Shown here: positions 35,378 to 46,914 of the stretch, one piece after another
Layout: each line of letters begins with the position of its first letter
How positions within the stretch are numbered: position 1 is the first letter of the stretch
Position numbers and translations under genes: made by a program
The notes under the pieces: generated by a model
What the model was told of the DNA's origin: nothing
The model's database searches: none
Seen by the model: the letters and a program-made list of their open reading frames with translations, nothing else
From: an uncultured delta proteobacterium
GTDB lineage: Bacteria; Desulfobacterota; Syntrophia; Syntrophales; UBA2185
Direction: 5' to 3'
Assembly (NCBI GenBank): GCA_963695875.1
Contig: CAVOID010000008.1
Span: 64,001 to 128,000 of the forward strand
DNA: 64,000 nucleotides

Positions 35378-37089
35378 TGCGATATTCAGAGATTTTCTTG
35401 CCCACGATGAGGGAAGTGCCTTCAGATGCGGAGATTATAAGTCATCAGCTCATGATAAGGGCAGGAATGATAAGAAAGTTGACAAGCGGCATCTATTCGT
35501 ACCTTCCTTTAGGATACCGGGTCATGCAAAAGCTGGAAAGGATAATACGTGAAGAGATGAACAGATCGGGGGCCCAGGAAGTTTTCATGCCGATGGTGCA
35601 GCCCCGTGAATTATGGGAGGAATCCGGCCGGTGGAGCCATTATGGTAAAGAGCTTCTGAGATTTAGGGATCGTAATGAGAGAGAGTGTTGCCTGGGCCCG
35701 ACTCATGAGGAGGTTATCACCGATCTTGTAAGGAATGAAATCAAGACCTACAGGCATCTCCCTAAAAATCTTTATCAGATCCAGACGAAATTCCGTGATG
35801 AGATACGGCCCAGATTTGGGGTCATGAGGTGCAGGGAATTCAGCATGAAAGATGCGTACAGTTTCGATGCCAACGAAGAAGGTGTCGACATAAGCTATAA
35901 AAAGATGTTTGACGCATATTGCAGGATATTCGAGCGCTGTGGACTTAAGTTCAGGGCTGTTGAGGCTGATACCGGCAGTATCGGCGGCAGCTTTTCCCAT
36001 GAATTTATGGTAATGGCCGATACCGGTGAAGATGCCATCTGTTTTTGCCGTAACTGCGAGTACGCGGCAAACCTTGAAAAGGCCGAAATTGCTATGCCTG
36101 AGCGGCGACAGATTAGTATTGAAGAATTTCTTCCTCTTGAATTGGTTCATACGCCGAATATGAAAAGTATCGATGAAATTTCTGCGTTCCTCCATGTTGC
36201 CCCAAAGGATGTGGTAAAAACGATGATCTATAGCGCAGATGCGACTCCCGTTGCAGTGCTCGTTAGGGGAGATGAAGAAATTAATGAAATCAAAGTGAGA
36301 AACTATCTGGGCTGCGATATCCTCGAAATGGCTGCAGACAACATGATCTATGATGTGACAGGGGCGCCTCGCGGTTTTGCCGGAGCCGTAGGAATCAAAG
36401 CAAGAACGATTGCCGATTATTCGCTGATGAATATGATCAATTTTATCATGGGGGCCAATAAAGAGGATTATCATGTGAAAAATGTGAATATTGGAAGGGA
36501 CGTATCCGTGGAGGCGTTCGCCGATTTGAGAATTGTGCATGATGCCGATTTATGTCCTCGATGTGGTCGTCCTCTCAAATTTGCTCGCGGAATTGAAGTC
36601 GGTCACGTCTTTAAGCTTGGTACAAAATACAGCAAGGCAATGAATGCCACGTTTCTCGATAAGAACGGCAGGGAGCAATACATGGTGATGGGATGCTATG
36701 GCATCGGCATCGGAAGAACCGTTGCGTCGGCTATAGAACAGAATCATGATGCAAATGGCATTATCTGGCCTATGCCGATGGCTCCTTATCATGTGATCAT
36801 TACTCCCGTTAACGTTAACGATGAAAGCATTAAAAAGATATCAGAAGATTTGTATAAGGCACTATTAGAAAAAGGTATTGAGGTTATTCTCGATGATAGA
36901 GATGAAAGAGCAGGGGTGAAATTTAAAGATGCAGATCTAATCGGCATCCCGCTTCGGATTACGATTGGACAAAAATCGCTCAGCAATGGAAAGATAGAAG
37001 TCAAACTAAGAAGATCAGGTGAGGTTAAAATCCTGGCGATGGACAGGGTGGAGGATTTTGTAATTAATTATATAAATGAAGGCATGTAA
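35377..37089 (+). CDS. proS: Prolyl-tRNA synthetase with editing domain
   Basis: [33 protein letters not shown]. Confidence 0.98.
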   Translation: MRYSEIFLPTMREVPSDAEIISHQLMIRAGMIRKLTSGIYSYLPLGYRVMQKLERIIREEMNRSGAQEVFMPMVQPRELWEESGRWSHYGKELLRFRDRNERECCLGPTHEEVITDLVRNEIKTYRHLPKNLYQIQTKFRDEIRPRFGVMRCREFSMKDAYSFDANEEGVDISYKKMFDAYCRIFERCGLKFRAVEADTGSIGGSFSHEFMVMADTGEDAICFCRNCEYAANLEKAEIAMPERRQISIEEFLPLELVHTPNMKSIDEISAFLHVAPKDVVKTMIYSADATPVAVLVRGDEEINEIKVRNYLGCDILEMAADNMIYDVTGAPRGFAGAVGIKARTIADYSLMNMINFIMGANKEDYHVKNVNIGRDVSVEAFADLRIVHDADLCPRCGRPLKFARGIEVGHVFKLGTKYSKAMNATFLDKNGREQYMVMGCYGIGIGRTVASAIEQNHDANGIIWPMPMAPYHVIITPVNVNDESIKKISEDLYKALLEKGIEVILDDRDERAGVKFKDADLIGIPLRITIGQKSLSNGKIEVKLRRSGEVKILAMDRVEDFVINYINEGM

Positions 37090-37094
37090 AATCC

Positions 37095-39246
37095 ATGCTG
37101 CGTATTACAGATATACTGGATAAAACCCAGTCCTATCTTTCTCCGGAAGAACAGGAGCTGATAGAGAAAGCATACATTTTTTCCGCCTCTGTTCATCAGG
37201 GTCAGGTACGCCTATCCGGGGAGCCTTATCTAACTCATCTCGTGGAAGTAGCAGGCATACTGGCAGATATGAAACTTGATGCAGCGACAATCGTGACAGG
37301 CTTACTTCATGATACCGTAGAAGACACTCTGGCCACACCTGAGCAAATAGAGAAAGCCTTCGGTAAGGAGATCGCGTTTCTTGTTGAAGGATTAACTAAA
37401 ATAAGTAGGATCACATATGGCAGCAAAGTTGAGCATCAAGCGGAGAATTTCAGGAAGATGATCCTGGCGATGTCTTCGGATATCCGGATACTTTTGGTAA
37501 GACTGGCTGACAGAGTGCACAATATGAGAACTCTTGAGTTTCAACCTCCGGATAAACAGAAATTTATTGCTGAAGAAACACTTGAATTATATGCCCCTTT
37601 AGCAAATCGTCTTGGAATTAACAGGATGAGAGTGGAATTGGAAGATCTAGCATTCTGCTATCTTAATCCTGAAGCTTATAACGAGTTGTCCAGTCTTATT
37701 GCAAAGAAGGAAGAGGAAAGGGAGCAATATACTAAAGAGGTGAAAAACATTATCCAAGGAGAGATCGATATATTCGGACTAAAGGGTGAGGTTGAAGGGA
37801 GAGCAAAGCATCTATACAGCATTTACAGAAAGATGGAGGAACAGCATATAAACCTTGATCAAGTATATGACCTGATTGCCTTCAGAATAATCCTTGATAC
37901 GGATAGGGAAAGTGAATGCTATGAAGCGCTCAGCGTTGTCCATGCCCTCTGGAAGCCTGTCCCCGGACGTTTTAAAGATTATATTGCCATGCCGAAGGCA
38001 AACAACTATCGCGCATTCCACACGACAGTGATCGGTCCCTACGGTGAAAGGGTGGAGATTCAGATAAGAAACAGGATTATGCACGAATGGGCGGAAGGAG
38101 GCATTGCCGCACACTGGCGATATAAAGAGGGGCGGTCGTATATAAGTGATGAAGATGATCAGATTAAAAAATTGAGAGACTTACTGGAAGTTCAACAGGA
38201 ACTTAAAAATCCCAGGGAATTCATGTCTAATCTGAAGATGGCCCTTTTCCCGGATGAGGTCTACGTATTCACACCGCAAGGTGATGTAAGGTCCTTTCCG
38301 AAAGGAGCAACGCCAATTGATTTTGCATACAGTATTCACACTGATGTAGGAAACCAATGTATTGGAGCTAAGGTCAACAGAAGCATAGTGCCTCTCAAGT
38401 ATGAACTTCAGAATGGTGATACTGTTGAGATCATCACACAGGCGGGGCATCATCCCAGTAAGGATTGGGTGAAATATGCGGTAACATCGAGAGCCATATC
38501 GAAAATCAGAAACTGGGTAAAAACGGAAGAAAGGAAAAAAAGTATAGCTCTTGGTAAAGATCTCCTGGAAAAAGAAGCCAAAAAACATCATCTTAAATTT
38601 AATCAAATCGTCAAGTCTGAAGATATCAAAAAGATTTACGCGGAATATTCAATTAATTCACTTGATGACCTGATGGCAATTGTCGGATATGGAAAGGTAT
38701 CTGCAAAGCGGATTATCAATCAATTTCTGCCGGAAGAGGAAGTAAAGACCGACGAAACAGCTCTCATAAAGGAAGAGAAGAAGAGGAGTGTATCCTCTTC
38801 CGTGGGCATTTCCATAACGGGCATCGAGGATATCATGGTCAGGTTTGCAAGATGCTGTAATCCAATTCCGGGGGACGAAATTTTAGGTTATATCTCGCGG
38901 GGAAGGGGAGTTACCGTACATACGGCCAATTGCCCGACTGCCGAGGGACTGGATCTGGAAAGAATTGTAGATGTCCAGTGGAATATCAAAGGAAAACAGA
39001 CCTATCCGGTGAATATGAGGGTTGTATGCCGGGATAAAAAGGGACTACTTGCTGAAGTCAGTACGGTTATATCGTCATTGGATATTAACATCAGTCACGC
39101 CGAAGTTGATACAAGACCTGCAGATATGCAAGCAATATTAAGTTTTAAATTGGACGTCAATGATCTACAACAGTTTAACCAAGTACTTAATTGCGATAAA
39201 AAAACTTAAAAGCGTCATTTCGGTTGAGAGGGTCAGGAAAACGTAA
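37095..39246 (+). CDS. rel: Bifunctional (p)ppGpp synthetase/hydrolase; +1 shift near 39190 restores the ACT-domain end IAIKKLKSVISVERVRKT*
   Basis: LLHDTVED, YAPLANRLG, RFKDYIAMPK, TGS DFAYSIHT, ARCCNPIPGD. Confidence 0.96.
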
Positions 39247-39488
39247 AAAAATTGGAAGTTCTGAAGATTCTTCCAATGGAAGGGATAAGATAAAACATAT
39301 TTATAATGATCCATTGCTTATGATCTATCGAAGGTGGGCGATAAGAGTATTTTAAAAAGGAATCAAAGGGGAGTTTGAAATGAACCTCCTAAAAGAAAGA
39401 CTGTTTGCAAAGGTCTCGTTTATTCATTGACAGTAAAGGTGTGTTTGCTGTATGAAACGCAGACCTTCAAAAGGATAATATATCTAAG

Positions 39489-40179
39489 ATGAATCTCTGG
39501 CCTGAGAGGATTATTCTTGCATTATTGATGTTGATGATTTGTCTGCTTCCCAATGCGGTTGCCCAAACACTTCATGGCAAGCATTTGGTTGTAATAGACC
39601 CGGCACATGGCGGAGCGGATTTTGGTGTCAAATTAACTGATAAAGAGTATGAAAAAAATATAACCCTTGCCGTTTCTTTATTATTGAAAAAAGAATTGGA
39701 TAAAGCTGGAAATGTCCAGGTACAGCTGACAAGATCTTCCGACAAGGATGTATCGTTATCCGAAAGGAAAAAGATTATTATGGCATCACGATCAGCAGGT
39801 GTTGGTTAGCGTTCATGTTAATGCAGGTTTCGGTAAGACCTCAACTGGATACGAATTGTATTTTCCGGGATTCAAGGCGGCTCCAGCAGAACAAAGTGAT
39901 TCAAAAGAAATTCTCAAAGATATGGCGAGAAACAAATATTTAAACGAATCTGTAAGATTAGCTCAATTGATACAAAAAAATATGAGTAGTGTATTTCCAA
40001 GAAAAAGCAGGGGGCTGCGGGAGGCCTCCATACCTGTCATTGAAGGCTTATCAATACCAGCAGTTATTGTGGAAATCGGTTTTGCTACTAATGCAGACGA
40101 TAGAAAAAAATTAATGGATGTGAATACACAGAATGCAGTTGCGCATGCGCTATGTCAGAGCATAAAAGACTATTTTTGA
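39489..40179 (+). CDS. N-acetylmuramoyl-L-alanine amidase (Amidase_3), +1 frameshift near 39795
   Basis: Signal peptide, IDPAHGG, EK, LTR, then VSVHVNA and IVEIGF. Confidence 0.9.
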
Positions 40180-40323
40180 TGACATCTTAAAATTACAGAT
40201 GCTTAGTTACGCTTCATCCTTCCCCATGCCAAGTTCGAGGTGGGGTTATGCGCCCTACTTCTATATGTATATATTATTCCTCAGGAGCAGCGCACTTAGC
40301 ACGCGAGGCTTTTTTCGAAGCCT
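40180..40323 (-). repeat. Dispersed intergenic repeat, copy 3
   Basis: Reverse complement gatgaagcgtaactaagcatctgtaattt vs copy 1 gatgaagcacaatgaagcatacgtaattt; gtgcgctgctcctgaggaa vs gcgcgcgaatcctggggaa. Confidence 0.65.
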
Positions 40324-40409
40324 TCTTTGTTTAGTGCTGCTTGGCAATTTTTGTGAGATAATCACTTATTCGAACTTAGAATGTACTGAGATATAAGAAT
40401 TCGGGAGAT

Positions 40410-41141
40410 ATGACGATTATGAGGAATAATGGTCGTGAATGGAATGAAATTCGAGAAGTAAAAATTACAAGGGATTATTTGAAATATCCTGAGGGGGCTG
40501 TCCTAATTGAAATGGGTAATACAAAAGTCATTTGTACAGCTTCAATTGAGGATAAAGTGCCTGCATTCTTAAGAAATACAGGCAAGGGCTGGCTGACAGC
40601 TGAGTATTCCATGCTTCCTATGTCTACTCAGATTCGTACACCTCGAGAGTCAACGAGAGGCAGGGTAGGGGGTAGGACGCATGAAATTCAAAGACTAATA
40701 GGTAGATCACTGCGGGCTGTGACAGATTTGAACATGTTTGGCGAAAAAACGATTTACATTGATTGTGATGTGATTCAAGCAGATGGCGGTACAAGAACCG
40801 CCTCAATAACAGGCGGGTCCGTCGCTTTAGTCGATCTTTTTAGAAAATTGAAACAAAGAGGGATAGTGAGTAAGGTCCCTGTAGAAGATTATGTGTCAGC
40901 TGTAAGCGTTGGTGTTGTCGATGGCCAACTTAATCTCGATTTGGAATATGAAGAAGATTCAAGGGCTGAAGTGGATATGAATTTTATAATGACAGGAAAT
41001 GGACTTTTTATAGAGGTTCAAGGTACAGCAGAAGAAGTCCCCTTCAGTCGTGATCTGTTCGATAAAATGACTGATCTTGCCATTCATGGCATTATGGAGA
41101 TTACAAAAAAGCAGGTCGAGATACTGGGGAAGTTAACTTGA
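40410..41141 (+). CDS. rph: Ribonuclease PH
   Basis: [45 protein letters not shown]. Confidence 0.98.
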   Translation: MTIMRNNGREWNEIREVKITRDYLKYPEGAVLIEMGNTKVICTASIEDKVPAFLRNTGKGWLTAEYSMLPMSTQIRTPRESTRGRVGGRTHEIQRLIGRSLRAVTDLNMFGEKTIYIDCDVIQADGGTRTASITGGSVALVDLFRKLKQRGIVSKVPVEDYVSAVSVGVVDGQLNLDLEYEEDSRAEVDMNFIMTGNGLFIEVQGTAEEVPFSRDLFDKMTDLAIHGIMEITKKQVEILGKLT

Positions 41142-41734
41142 GGCGAATCATATTAGCGACAAAAAACAAAGGAAAAATAAGAGAAGTTAAAGCTATGCTT
41201 GAAGATCTTAACATAAAGATTCTTTCTCTTAACGACTATAAAAATCTTCCTGAAGTCAAAGAAGATGGTAAGTCATTTTCCGAGAATGCTCTTAAAAAGG
41301 CGAAGATTTTTTCAGAACATACGGGCGAAATGGTTCTTTCCGACGATTCGGGGCTGGATGTAGAATATCTATGCGGCGAACCGGGCGTTTACTCAGCAAG
41401 GTATTCGGGAGATGATGCGACAGATAGCAGCAATATTAAAAAATTGCTTGAGCGTTTGGAAGGCGTATCCATAGAAAAAAGAAACGCTTCTTTCAGATGT
41501 GTGCTTGTTTTCTATAGACCAGATGGAAAATATTGGGAATTTGAGGGAAGTTTGCATGGAAAAATAAATTATAAACCTGTTGGTAATGGAGGCTTTGGAT
41601 ATGATCCAATTTTTTTTCTTCCTGAACTGGGATTGACAGTAGCACAACTTCCGCCGGATATGAAAAACAGGATCAGCCACAGGGCGCAGGCTGTTGATAA
41701 ATTCAAAGAAGCTTACAAGCAGAAGGTTATTTAA
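41138..41734 (+). CDS. rdgB: XTP/dITP diphosphatase
   Basis: [35 protein letters not shown]. Confidence 0.97.
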   Translation: MRRIILATKNKGKIREVKAMLEDLNIKILSLNDYKNLPEVKEDGKSFSENALKKAKIFSEHTGEMVLSDDSGLDVEYLCGEPGVYSARYSGDDATDSSNIKKLLERLEGVSIEKRNASFRCVLVFYRPDGKYWEFEGSLHGKINYKPVGNGGFGYDPIFFLPELGLTVAQLPPDMKNRISHRAQAVDKFKEAYKQKVI

Positions 41735-41755
41735 GGCAAAATATTATGCAGAAAA

Positions 41756-41832
41756 CGGGGCGTAGCGCAGCCCGGTAGCGCGCCTGCTTTGGGAGCAGGA
41801 TGTCGGAGGTTCAAATCCTCCCGCCCCGACCA
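41756..41832 (+). tRNA. tRNA-Pro(TGG)
   Basis: CGGGGCG/CGCCCCG acceptor stem, cctgc-ttTGGga-gcagg anticodon arm, GGTTCAAATCC, encoded CCA. Confidence 0.97.
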
Positions 41833-41839
41833 GTTGCAT

Positions 41840-41872
41840 AAAGGGGTTACGATTCAATCGTGCCCTTTTTTT
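41840..41872 (+). terminator. Terminator-like hairpin after tRNA-Pro
   Basis: aaaggggttacgat-tca-atcgtgcccttt followed by T run. Confidence 0.65.
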
Positions 41873-41920
41873 GCTACTACAGTAATATTCGCTGATTCTA
41901 AACAAACATCGGGGAATAAC

Positions 41921-42145
41921 TCAATACGATATCAGTTCATCTATATCTCTATACCCCAGTGTATAAGTCTCCGGTGCGTAGTCCCGCTCTGCAATTTGCT
42001 CGCAGGATTGACAAAATTTTAGTGCCGGTATCTTTCCGGTCCAGAATAACAGCTTTGCATGTTTTGCCTTGCATCTGGGGCATATGCAAGGCGTTAATTT
42101 TTGTTTATTAGGTGTCCAATTATCATTCTTCTTACTGGTACCCAT
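41921..42145 (-). CDS. Small Cys4 putative zinc-binding protein
   Basis: CPRC...FWTG...KFCQSC; AAAGGA upstream of the ATG. Confidence 0.65.
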   Translation of the reverse strand: MGTSKKNDNWTPNKQKLTPCICPRCKAKHAKLLFWTGKIPALKFCQSCEQIAERDYAPETYTLGYRDIDELISY

Positions 42146-42576
42146 ATTCCATAGTCCTTTCTAATGCGCCATCGCCTTAATGGTTGTGAAGTCTGTCAGC
42201 AGTGTAACTAATTTCAAACTTCAATTATTCCCGCTCGAACAAACAAATTCAAAATAAAGGCAGAAGAATTCTCTAATTTTTTTGTTGTATTATAGCAGTA
42301 AGTCAACATTCTTTTCTTCGTAGTTTTTTCATAGTATTTTCGCAGGTAAAAACGTCCATTTTCCCCATTATGAAAAGCTTCATTTTCCCGGATATTTTCA
42401 AAGGCAATAAAACTATTTCAATAAGTCGTAAAAAAGTGAATCTGAAAAACATCTGGGTGATCAAACAGAAGGCAAATTATTGGATAAAACATAAGAAATT
42501 ATTAAAGCTTAAACGAATATTGTCGATAATAATAATGATAACTGGGATAGCCATAAACGATGATATTATAGAAATT

Positions 42577-45243
42577 ATGCCAAACCAATATAATCATAAA
42601 ATGCACATCGATAATCAGCCTAACGAAAGTGTAAAGAAAATCACAGTGCTCTTCACGGATATCGTGGGCTCCACTAAGTATTTTAAAACACATGGAGACC
42701 TGGCAGGTCGGCTCATGCTGAGAAGGCATCATGATGTAACTGCTAAGATAATTCATGAATTTAGAGGCAGTGTTATAAAAAGCCTTGGCGATTCTATAAT
42801 GGCTTACTTTGTAGACCCGAAACATGCACTCAAATCAGCTATAAATATTCAGCAAGATTATTCTTCCTTTAATCAGATTAGAAATGTTTCCGAGCAAGTT
42901 CATATAAGAATCAGTGTTCATTTTGGGTATGGTATTTTGGAAGAGAATGATATTTACGGAGATGTTGTTAATGTAACAGCCAAGCTGACGTCTCTTGCTG
43001 AAGCTGACCAGATCTATATATCTCAGGAAGTCTATGACACAATCAACGATTTGCCGCAATTGCAGTTCGAGTTAATTGATCTGTCCAAAAGAAGAAATGT
43101 TCCCGATGGGCTTATTGTATATCGTGTTACCTGGGATGAAACGGCCAGATTTGACCCCATCATGACAACCATACTCTATGTAAAACCTATTTGGGAGTTG
43201 GCTGGCGATAGTTTTAAGACGGCATGGCACAATCTCGTAAATAAAAAAAATAATCTGTGGCAAGAAAAAACTGAAACAGAAGAGATTCTTTCTGACAGGA
43301 CCATCATCTTAATTATGAAAGAAGACAAATCTGTATTGGATATTGCTGAAGGTATAATGTCTTATCTACGGGAAAACTGTAAGGATGAAAAAGCAACATC
43401 CTTCTTACCAGTATATATAATCATCGACTCAGGCTTCTATCTCAAAGCTGACAAGCTTGATCTTCAGGCCTTGCATGTCTCATGGGAAGAAATTGAAGCA
43501 GATGAGATCTATATTTCAACCGCTGCTTACGATAGATTAAAAACGCAGTGTATATCTCTTAGTTCCTCAGCAGTAGATATAAATGAGTCAAGTTCTTTTT
43601 TTAAACTTGATTTGAAGTCTGAGCAAGAAGTGGAAAAGTCAAGTCCTTTACCGTGCCATGATGCCCTGATTAATGGCGAGAACCCACCATGTTATTATTG
43701 TGGAAGTAAAGGACACACGTTAGGCAGCTGTCCCTCGAAACGTTTGCCAGAGATAACAAATGCGATAAACAGAATAGGGTATAGATCCTTGGAGGAAATT
43801 AACAGAATTTACTCTAAATATCTGACAGGATTTAATTCCAGCTTTGAAGAAAGACATGATGACAGTAATAATGGTGATTTATTGCTTGCCCATCAGGTAT
43901 TTTACGATCTCAAAAGAATATTTCAGATTAGGTTTTTTAGAACTATATGGGGTACAAAAGAAAAGGCGTGGGATAATGTGAGAGGGAGGATGTGTGAGGG
44001 AAATAGAAGTGGTATTATGTGGGTTGCCCAAGACTGTATACGAGTATCAAATTTGTCAAAGGCCGAATCCCTACTCGAAAATTCTTTAATACGAAATTTA
44101 AACGACTATAAAGTATATTGTACAATGGGGTTCTTGAACATAGAGAGAAGTAATATCCCCCTTGCTGAGCATTATTTCTCTGAAGCGTTGAATTATGCAG
44201 AAACTGATCCGGAAAAGATTTTCCTCCTTTTCCTGCTTTTCCGCATTTATGAGTTGAACAATAATCTCGGCAAGGCATCGGCAAAGATAAGGGACATAAT
44301 GGAAATCAACCCTAACTGTGCCGATGCCATATATCTTGATATAGTGCTTCAATTTCGTCAGGGAGGCACAAATGAGCCTCTCCGCAAACTTATAAATCTT
44401 ATACATCAAAACAGAGAATATTATATATATGCATTGATTGATCCGGATCTTAAAGAATTCAGGGATATTATTGATCCCAAGTTAAAGGAACTATTGAATA
44501 ATACGAGGAATAATGCGAGGCGGGTTATACGTGAGAATGAAGCGGAATTGAAAAAGTGGGAGGAAATGTTCACCAGTGGGGAGAAGACTCTTAAAAAGGC
44601 TAAAGAATCATGGGGGGAGATTAATAGATTAACAGAAACTGATAGTTACTTTGGATATCTGGATGTAATTTATTCTGGTATTTCAATTACGAAGACAGTT
44701 CATCGGACAATAGAGGAGGATAAAAAAGAACTCTACGAAGGTTTCTTAAAATTAAAACACCGATTAAGGATTTATTTAAAGTTTACATCCGCTTATCCGT
44801 ATAAAGATTTGATAGAGCAAATCAATACTGAACTAGTTATCATTCAACAAAAAGTCAATGAAAGTTGGCGGAAGCTTGAGACTAGTCCACCTGATGAGCT
44901 TATAAAAACCTTTAAGAATAAACAATTAATCTCTCAGGAATTGGATCAGATAGAACAAAAAATGAAGAAGTTTGCAACTATTCAATGGGTGGGACAATTC
45001 GTCGCCAAATTTTTGAAAAGAAATCTTATTTTTATAACAGCTATCTTTCTTGCCGCCTTTATTTTACTACCAATCGTTATATTTTATACAAACTTGGTAT
45101 TGATTAAATTTGATATTTTACCAATTTACCAGATATGGTTGTATCAAAAAATGATTTCAGTCATCGGCTGTGTGTGTAGTATTGTAATATCATTTCTTAT
45201 TACATATATGGACGTACCTAAAAGAGATTTTCAGATACAGTAA
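42577..45243 (+). CDS. Adenylate/guanylate cyclase-domain protein with degenerate second cyclase domain, CCHC zinc knuckle, TPR-like helices and 2 C-terminal TM segments
   Basis: VLFTDIVGST, IKSLGDSIMAYF, IRISVHFG, DIYGDVVNVTAKL; CYYCGSKGHTLGSC; hydrophobic C-terminus; start uncertain (ORF open from 42370). Confidence 0.85.
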   Translation: MPNQYNHKMHIDNQPNESVKKITVLFTDIVGSTKYFKTHGDLAGRLMLRRHHDVTAKIIHEFRGSVIKSLGDSIMAYFVDPKHALKSAINIQQDYSSFNQIRNVSEQVHIRISVHFGYGILEENDIYGDVVNVTAKLTSLAEADQIYISQEVYDTINDLPQLQFELIDLSKRRNVPDGLIVYRVTWDETARFDPIMTTILYVKPIWELAGDSFKTAWHNLVNKKNNLWQEKTETEEILSDRTIILIMKEDKSVLDIAEGIMSYLRENCKDEKATSFLPVYIIIDSGFYLKADKLDLQALHVSWEEIEADEIYISTAAYDRLKTQCISLSSSAVDINESSSFFKLDLKSEQEVEKSSPLPCHDALINGENPPCYYCGSKGHTLGSCPSKRLPEITNAINRIGYRSLEEINRIYSKYLTGFNSSFEERHDDSNNGDLLLAHQVFYDLKRIFQIRFFRTIWGTKEKAWDNVRGRMCEGNRSGIMWVAQDCIRVSNLSKAESLLENSLIRNLNDYKVYCTMGFLNIERSNIPLAEHYFSEALNYAETDPEKIFLLFLLFRIYELNNNLGKASAKIRDIMEINPNCADAIYLDIVLQFRQGGTNEPLRKLINLIHQNREYYIYALIDPDLKEFRDIIDPKLKELLNNTRNNARRVIRENEAELKKWEEMFTSGEKTLKKAKESWGEINRLTETDSYFGYLDVIYSGISITKTVHRTIEEDKKELYEGFLKLKHRLRIYLKFTSAYPYKDLIEQINTELVIIQQKVNESWRKLETSPPDELIKTFKNKQLISQELDQIEQKMKKFATIQWVGQFVAKFLKRNLIFITAIFLAAFILLPIVIFYTNLVLIKFDILPIYQIWLYQKMISVIGCVCSIVISFLITYMDVPKRDFQIQ

Positions 45244-45354
45244 ACCTCTCAATATTCCCAGGCGTAATCTTACGTAATGCTCACATAGTCACGTAATAAT
45301 TTGTATTGTGGCAATCTTCGTGCTAAAATTTCCTGTAATTAATATCTGCATAAA

Positions 45355-45645
45355 AAGTGAGACAAGTTTCCGACTGTGCCAGTTCCGCTTCCCTGGAAGG
45401 TTCGGCATTCAGTCTGCCAGCAGCATATTGCCTCTTCCACGTGTACAACTGGCCGGAGGAAAGGTTATAACGCCTGCACAATTCCGCAGGCCCAACTGTT
45501 TCACTGAGCAGCTGCTCTATAAGTGATCTTTTCAAATCCTGAGTGAACCTTCTATACTTCATGACATGATCCTTTCTCCCCTTATGGGGTGATGATCCTG
45601 TCTAATACTCTATCATATTTTGTGCAATCCGTGGGGTTCACTCCA
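45355..45645 (-). mobile_element. IS3-family remnant: left end and truncated OrfA transposase (ORF 45323-45562)
   Basis: RRFTQDLKRSLI...AELCRRYNLSSGQLYTWKRQY HTH; upstream TG-starting end TGGAGTGAACCCC; no OrfB. Confidence 0.8.
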
Positions 45646-45675
45646 TATAACGTTGTAAATGAAATTTGCACTTTA

Positions 45676-46908
45676 ATGAACACTTCTTCCCCGGATAAAT
45701 ATGGCCGCTATGCCCTCCTTTTACTCCTGACTGTTAATCTTTTGAATTACATCGACAGGCAGATCATATACGCCGTTTTTCCACTTATTAAGAATGATTT
45801 CAGGCTGACAGATACGGAGCTCGGTTTTCTAGGCAGTGCCTTCATGGTTTGCTACATGTTATCGGCTCCTGCATTCGGGTTATTGGGCGATAGTATGAAC
45901 CGTGTGAAACTTGCGTCTGCTGGTTTGGCTATCTGGAGTGTGGCCACATCACTAGCTTGCTTTGCTTCCCGCTACCTTACACTTCTTCTGGCTCGAGTGT
46001 CGGTAGGAATTGGTGAAGCAAGCTTCGGTACAGTATCTCCACCACTTCTGGCAGACTATTTCCCAAAAGAGAAACGGGGGTGGGTGCTTTCTTGTTTTTA
46101 TCTTGCAATTCCTGTCGGTAGTGCCTTAGGCTATCTTCTCGGTGGCATTCTCGGGCAAAGATTTGGCTGGCCAGCAGCATTCCTCATAGTCGGGATACCC
46201 GGGGTTCTTCTAGCTATCCCTGTATGGCTCCTTCATGAACCGCAACGCGGCGGTAGTGAGGAGAAAGTATTAGAAGACGTGTGGCAGACGAGAATAGGCT
46301 ACAGGTCACTATTTTCCAATCGTCCCTATATAATAAATACGTTGGCCATGACGGCGATGACCTTTGCAATGGGGGGCCTGGCGCAGTGGGTTCCAACATT
46401 TCTCTACCGTATTCACGAACTCGATTTGGTTCAAGCCAATACCTTTTTTGGAGGTATCACAGTACTTGCAGGTGTAACCGGTACTCTTACAGGTGGCCGG
46501 TTGGGTGACTTTCTTCAGAGAAAGACTAACAGGGGGTACCTTTTAGTTTCCGGTTGGGGGTTTTTGCTGGGCGCTCCATTAGCAGCCTATGCCCTTGTCA
46601 CTCCTATACTTAACAATTGCCTGATAGCAATATTTTTTGCTGAATTTTTCCTGTTCCTTAATACAGGCCCGCTCAATACCATTATAGTGAATTTTACACA
46701 CCCATCAGTACGTGCAAGGGCTTTTGCAGTTAATATCTTTATTATACATGCTCTGGGAGACGCCATATCACCCACTATACTGGGGTGGATGTCAGACCTT
46801 TGGGGGCTTAGGTATTCCCTCCTCATAACCCCCATCGCAATCTTCATAGCAGCTTTTTTCTGTTTTTTGTGCGGGCGCTTTGTTGGACAGGATAATGATC
46901 AGACATGA
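45676..46908 (+). CDS. Spinster-like MFS transporter
   Basis: NLLNYIDR, GLLGD..NR, GIGEASF, GSALGY, HALGDAISP; about 12 hydrophobic segments. Confidence 0.9.
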   Translation: MNTSSPDKYGRYALLLLLTVNLLNYIDRQIIYAVFPLIKNDFRLTDTELGFLGSAFMVCYMLSAPAFGLLGDSMNRVKLASAGLAIWSVATSLACFASRYLTLLLARVSVGIGEASFGTVSPPLLADYFPKEKRGWVLSCFYLAIPVGSALGYLLGGILGQRFGWPAAFLIVGIPGVLLAIPVWLLHEPQRGGSEEKVLEDVWQTRIGYRSLFSNRPYIINTLAMTAMTFAMGGLAQWVPTFLYRIHELDLVQANTFFGGITVLAGVTGTLTGGRLGDFLQRKTNRGYLLVSGWGFLLGAPLAAYALVTPILNNCLIAIFFAEFFLFLNTGPLNTIIVNFTHPSVRARAFAVNIFIIHALGDAISPTILGWMSDLWGLRYSLLITPIAIFIAAFFCFLCGRFVGQDNDQT

Positions 46909-46914
46909 ATAATG

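Noticed and set aside
35611..36540. 309-aa antisense ORF within proS (and many similar short antisense or overlapping ORFs)
   Set aside because: Shadow frames of well-conserved genes; no recognisable motifs
39404..39417. tttgcaaaggtctc resembling an IS5-like terminal repeat
   Set aside because: Only 14 bp; no partner end or transposase found
42370..42576. Upstream extension of the cyclase ORF with a hydrophobic stretch
   Set aside because: Lys/Ile-rich translation typical of AT-rich non-coding DNA; start cannot be confirmed
45589..45675. N-terminal extension of the MFS ORF
   Set aside because: Lies largely inside the IS3 left end; ATG 45676 fits better
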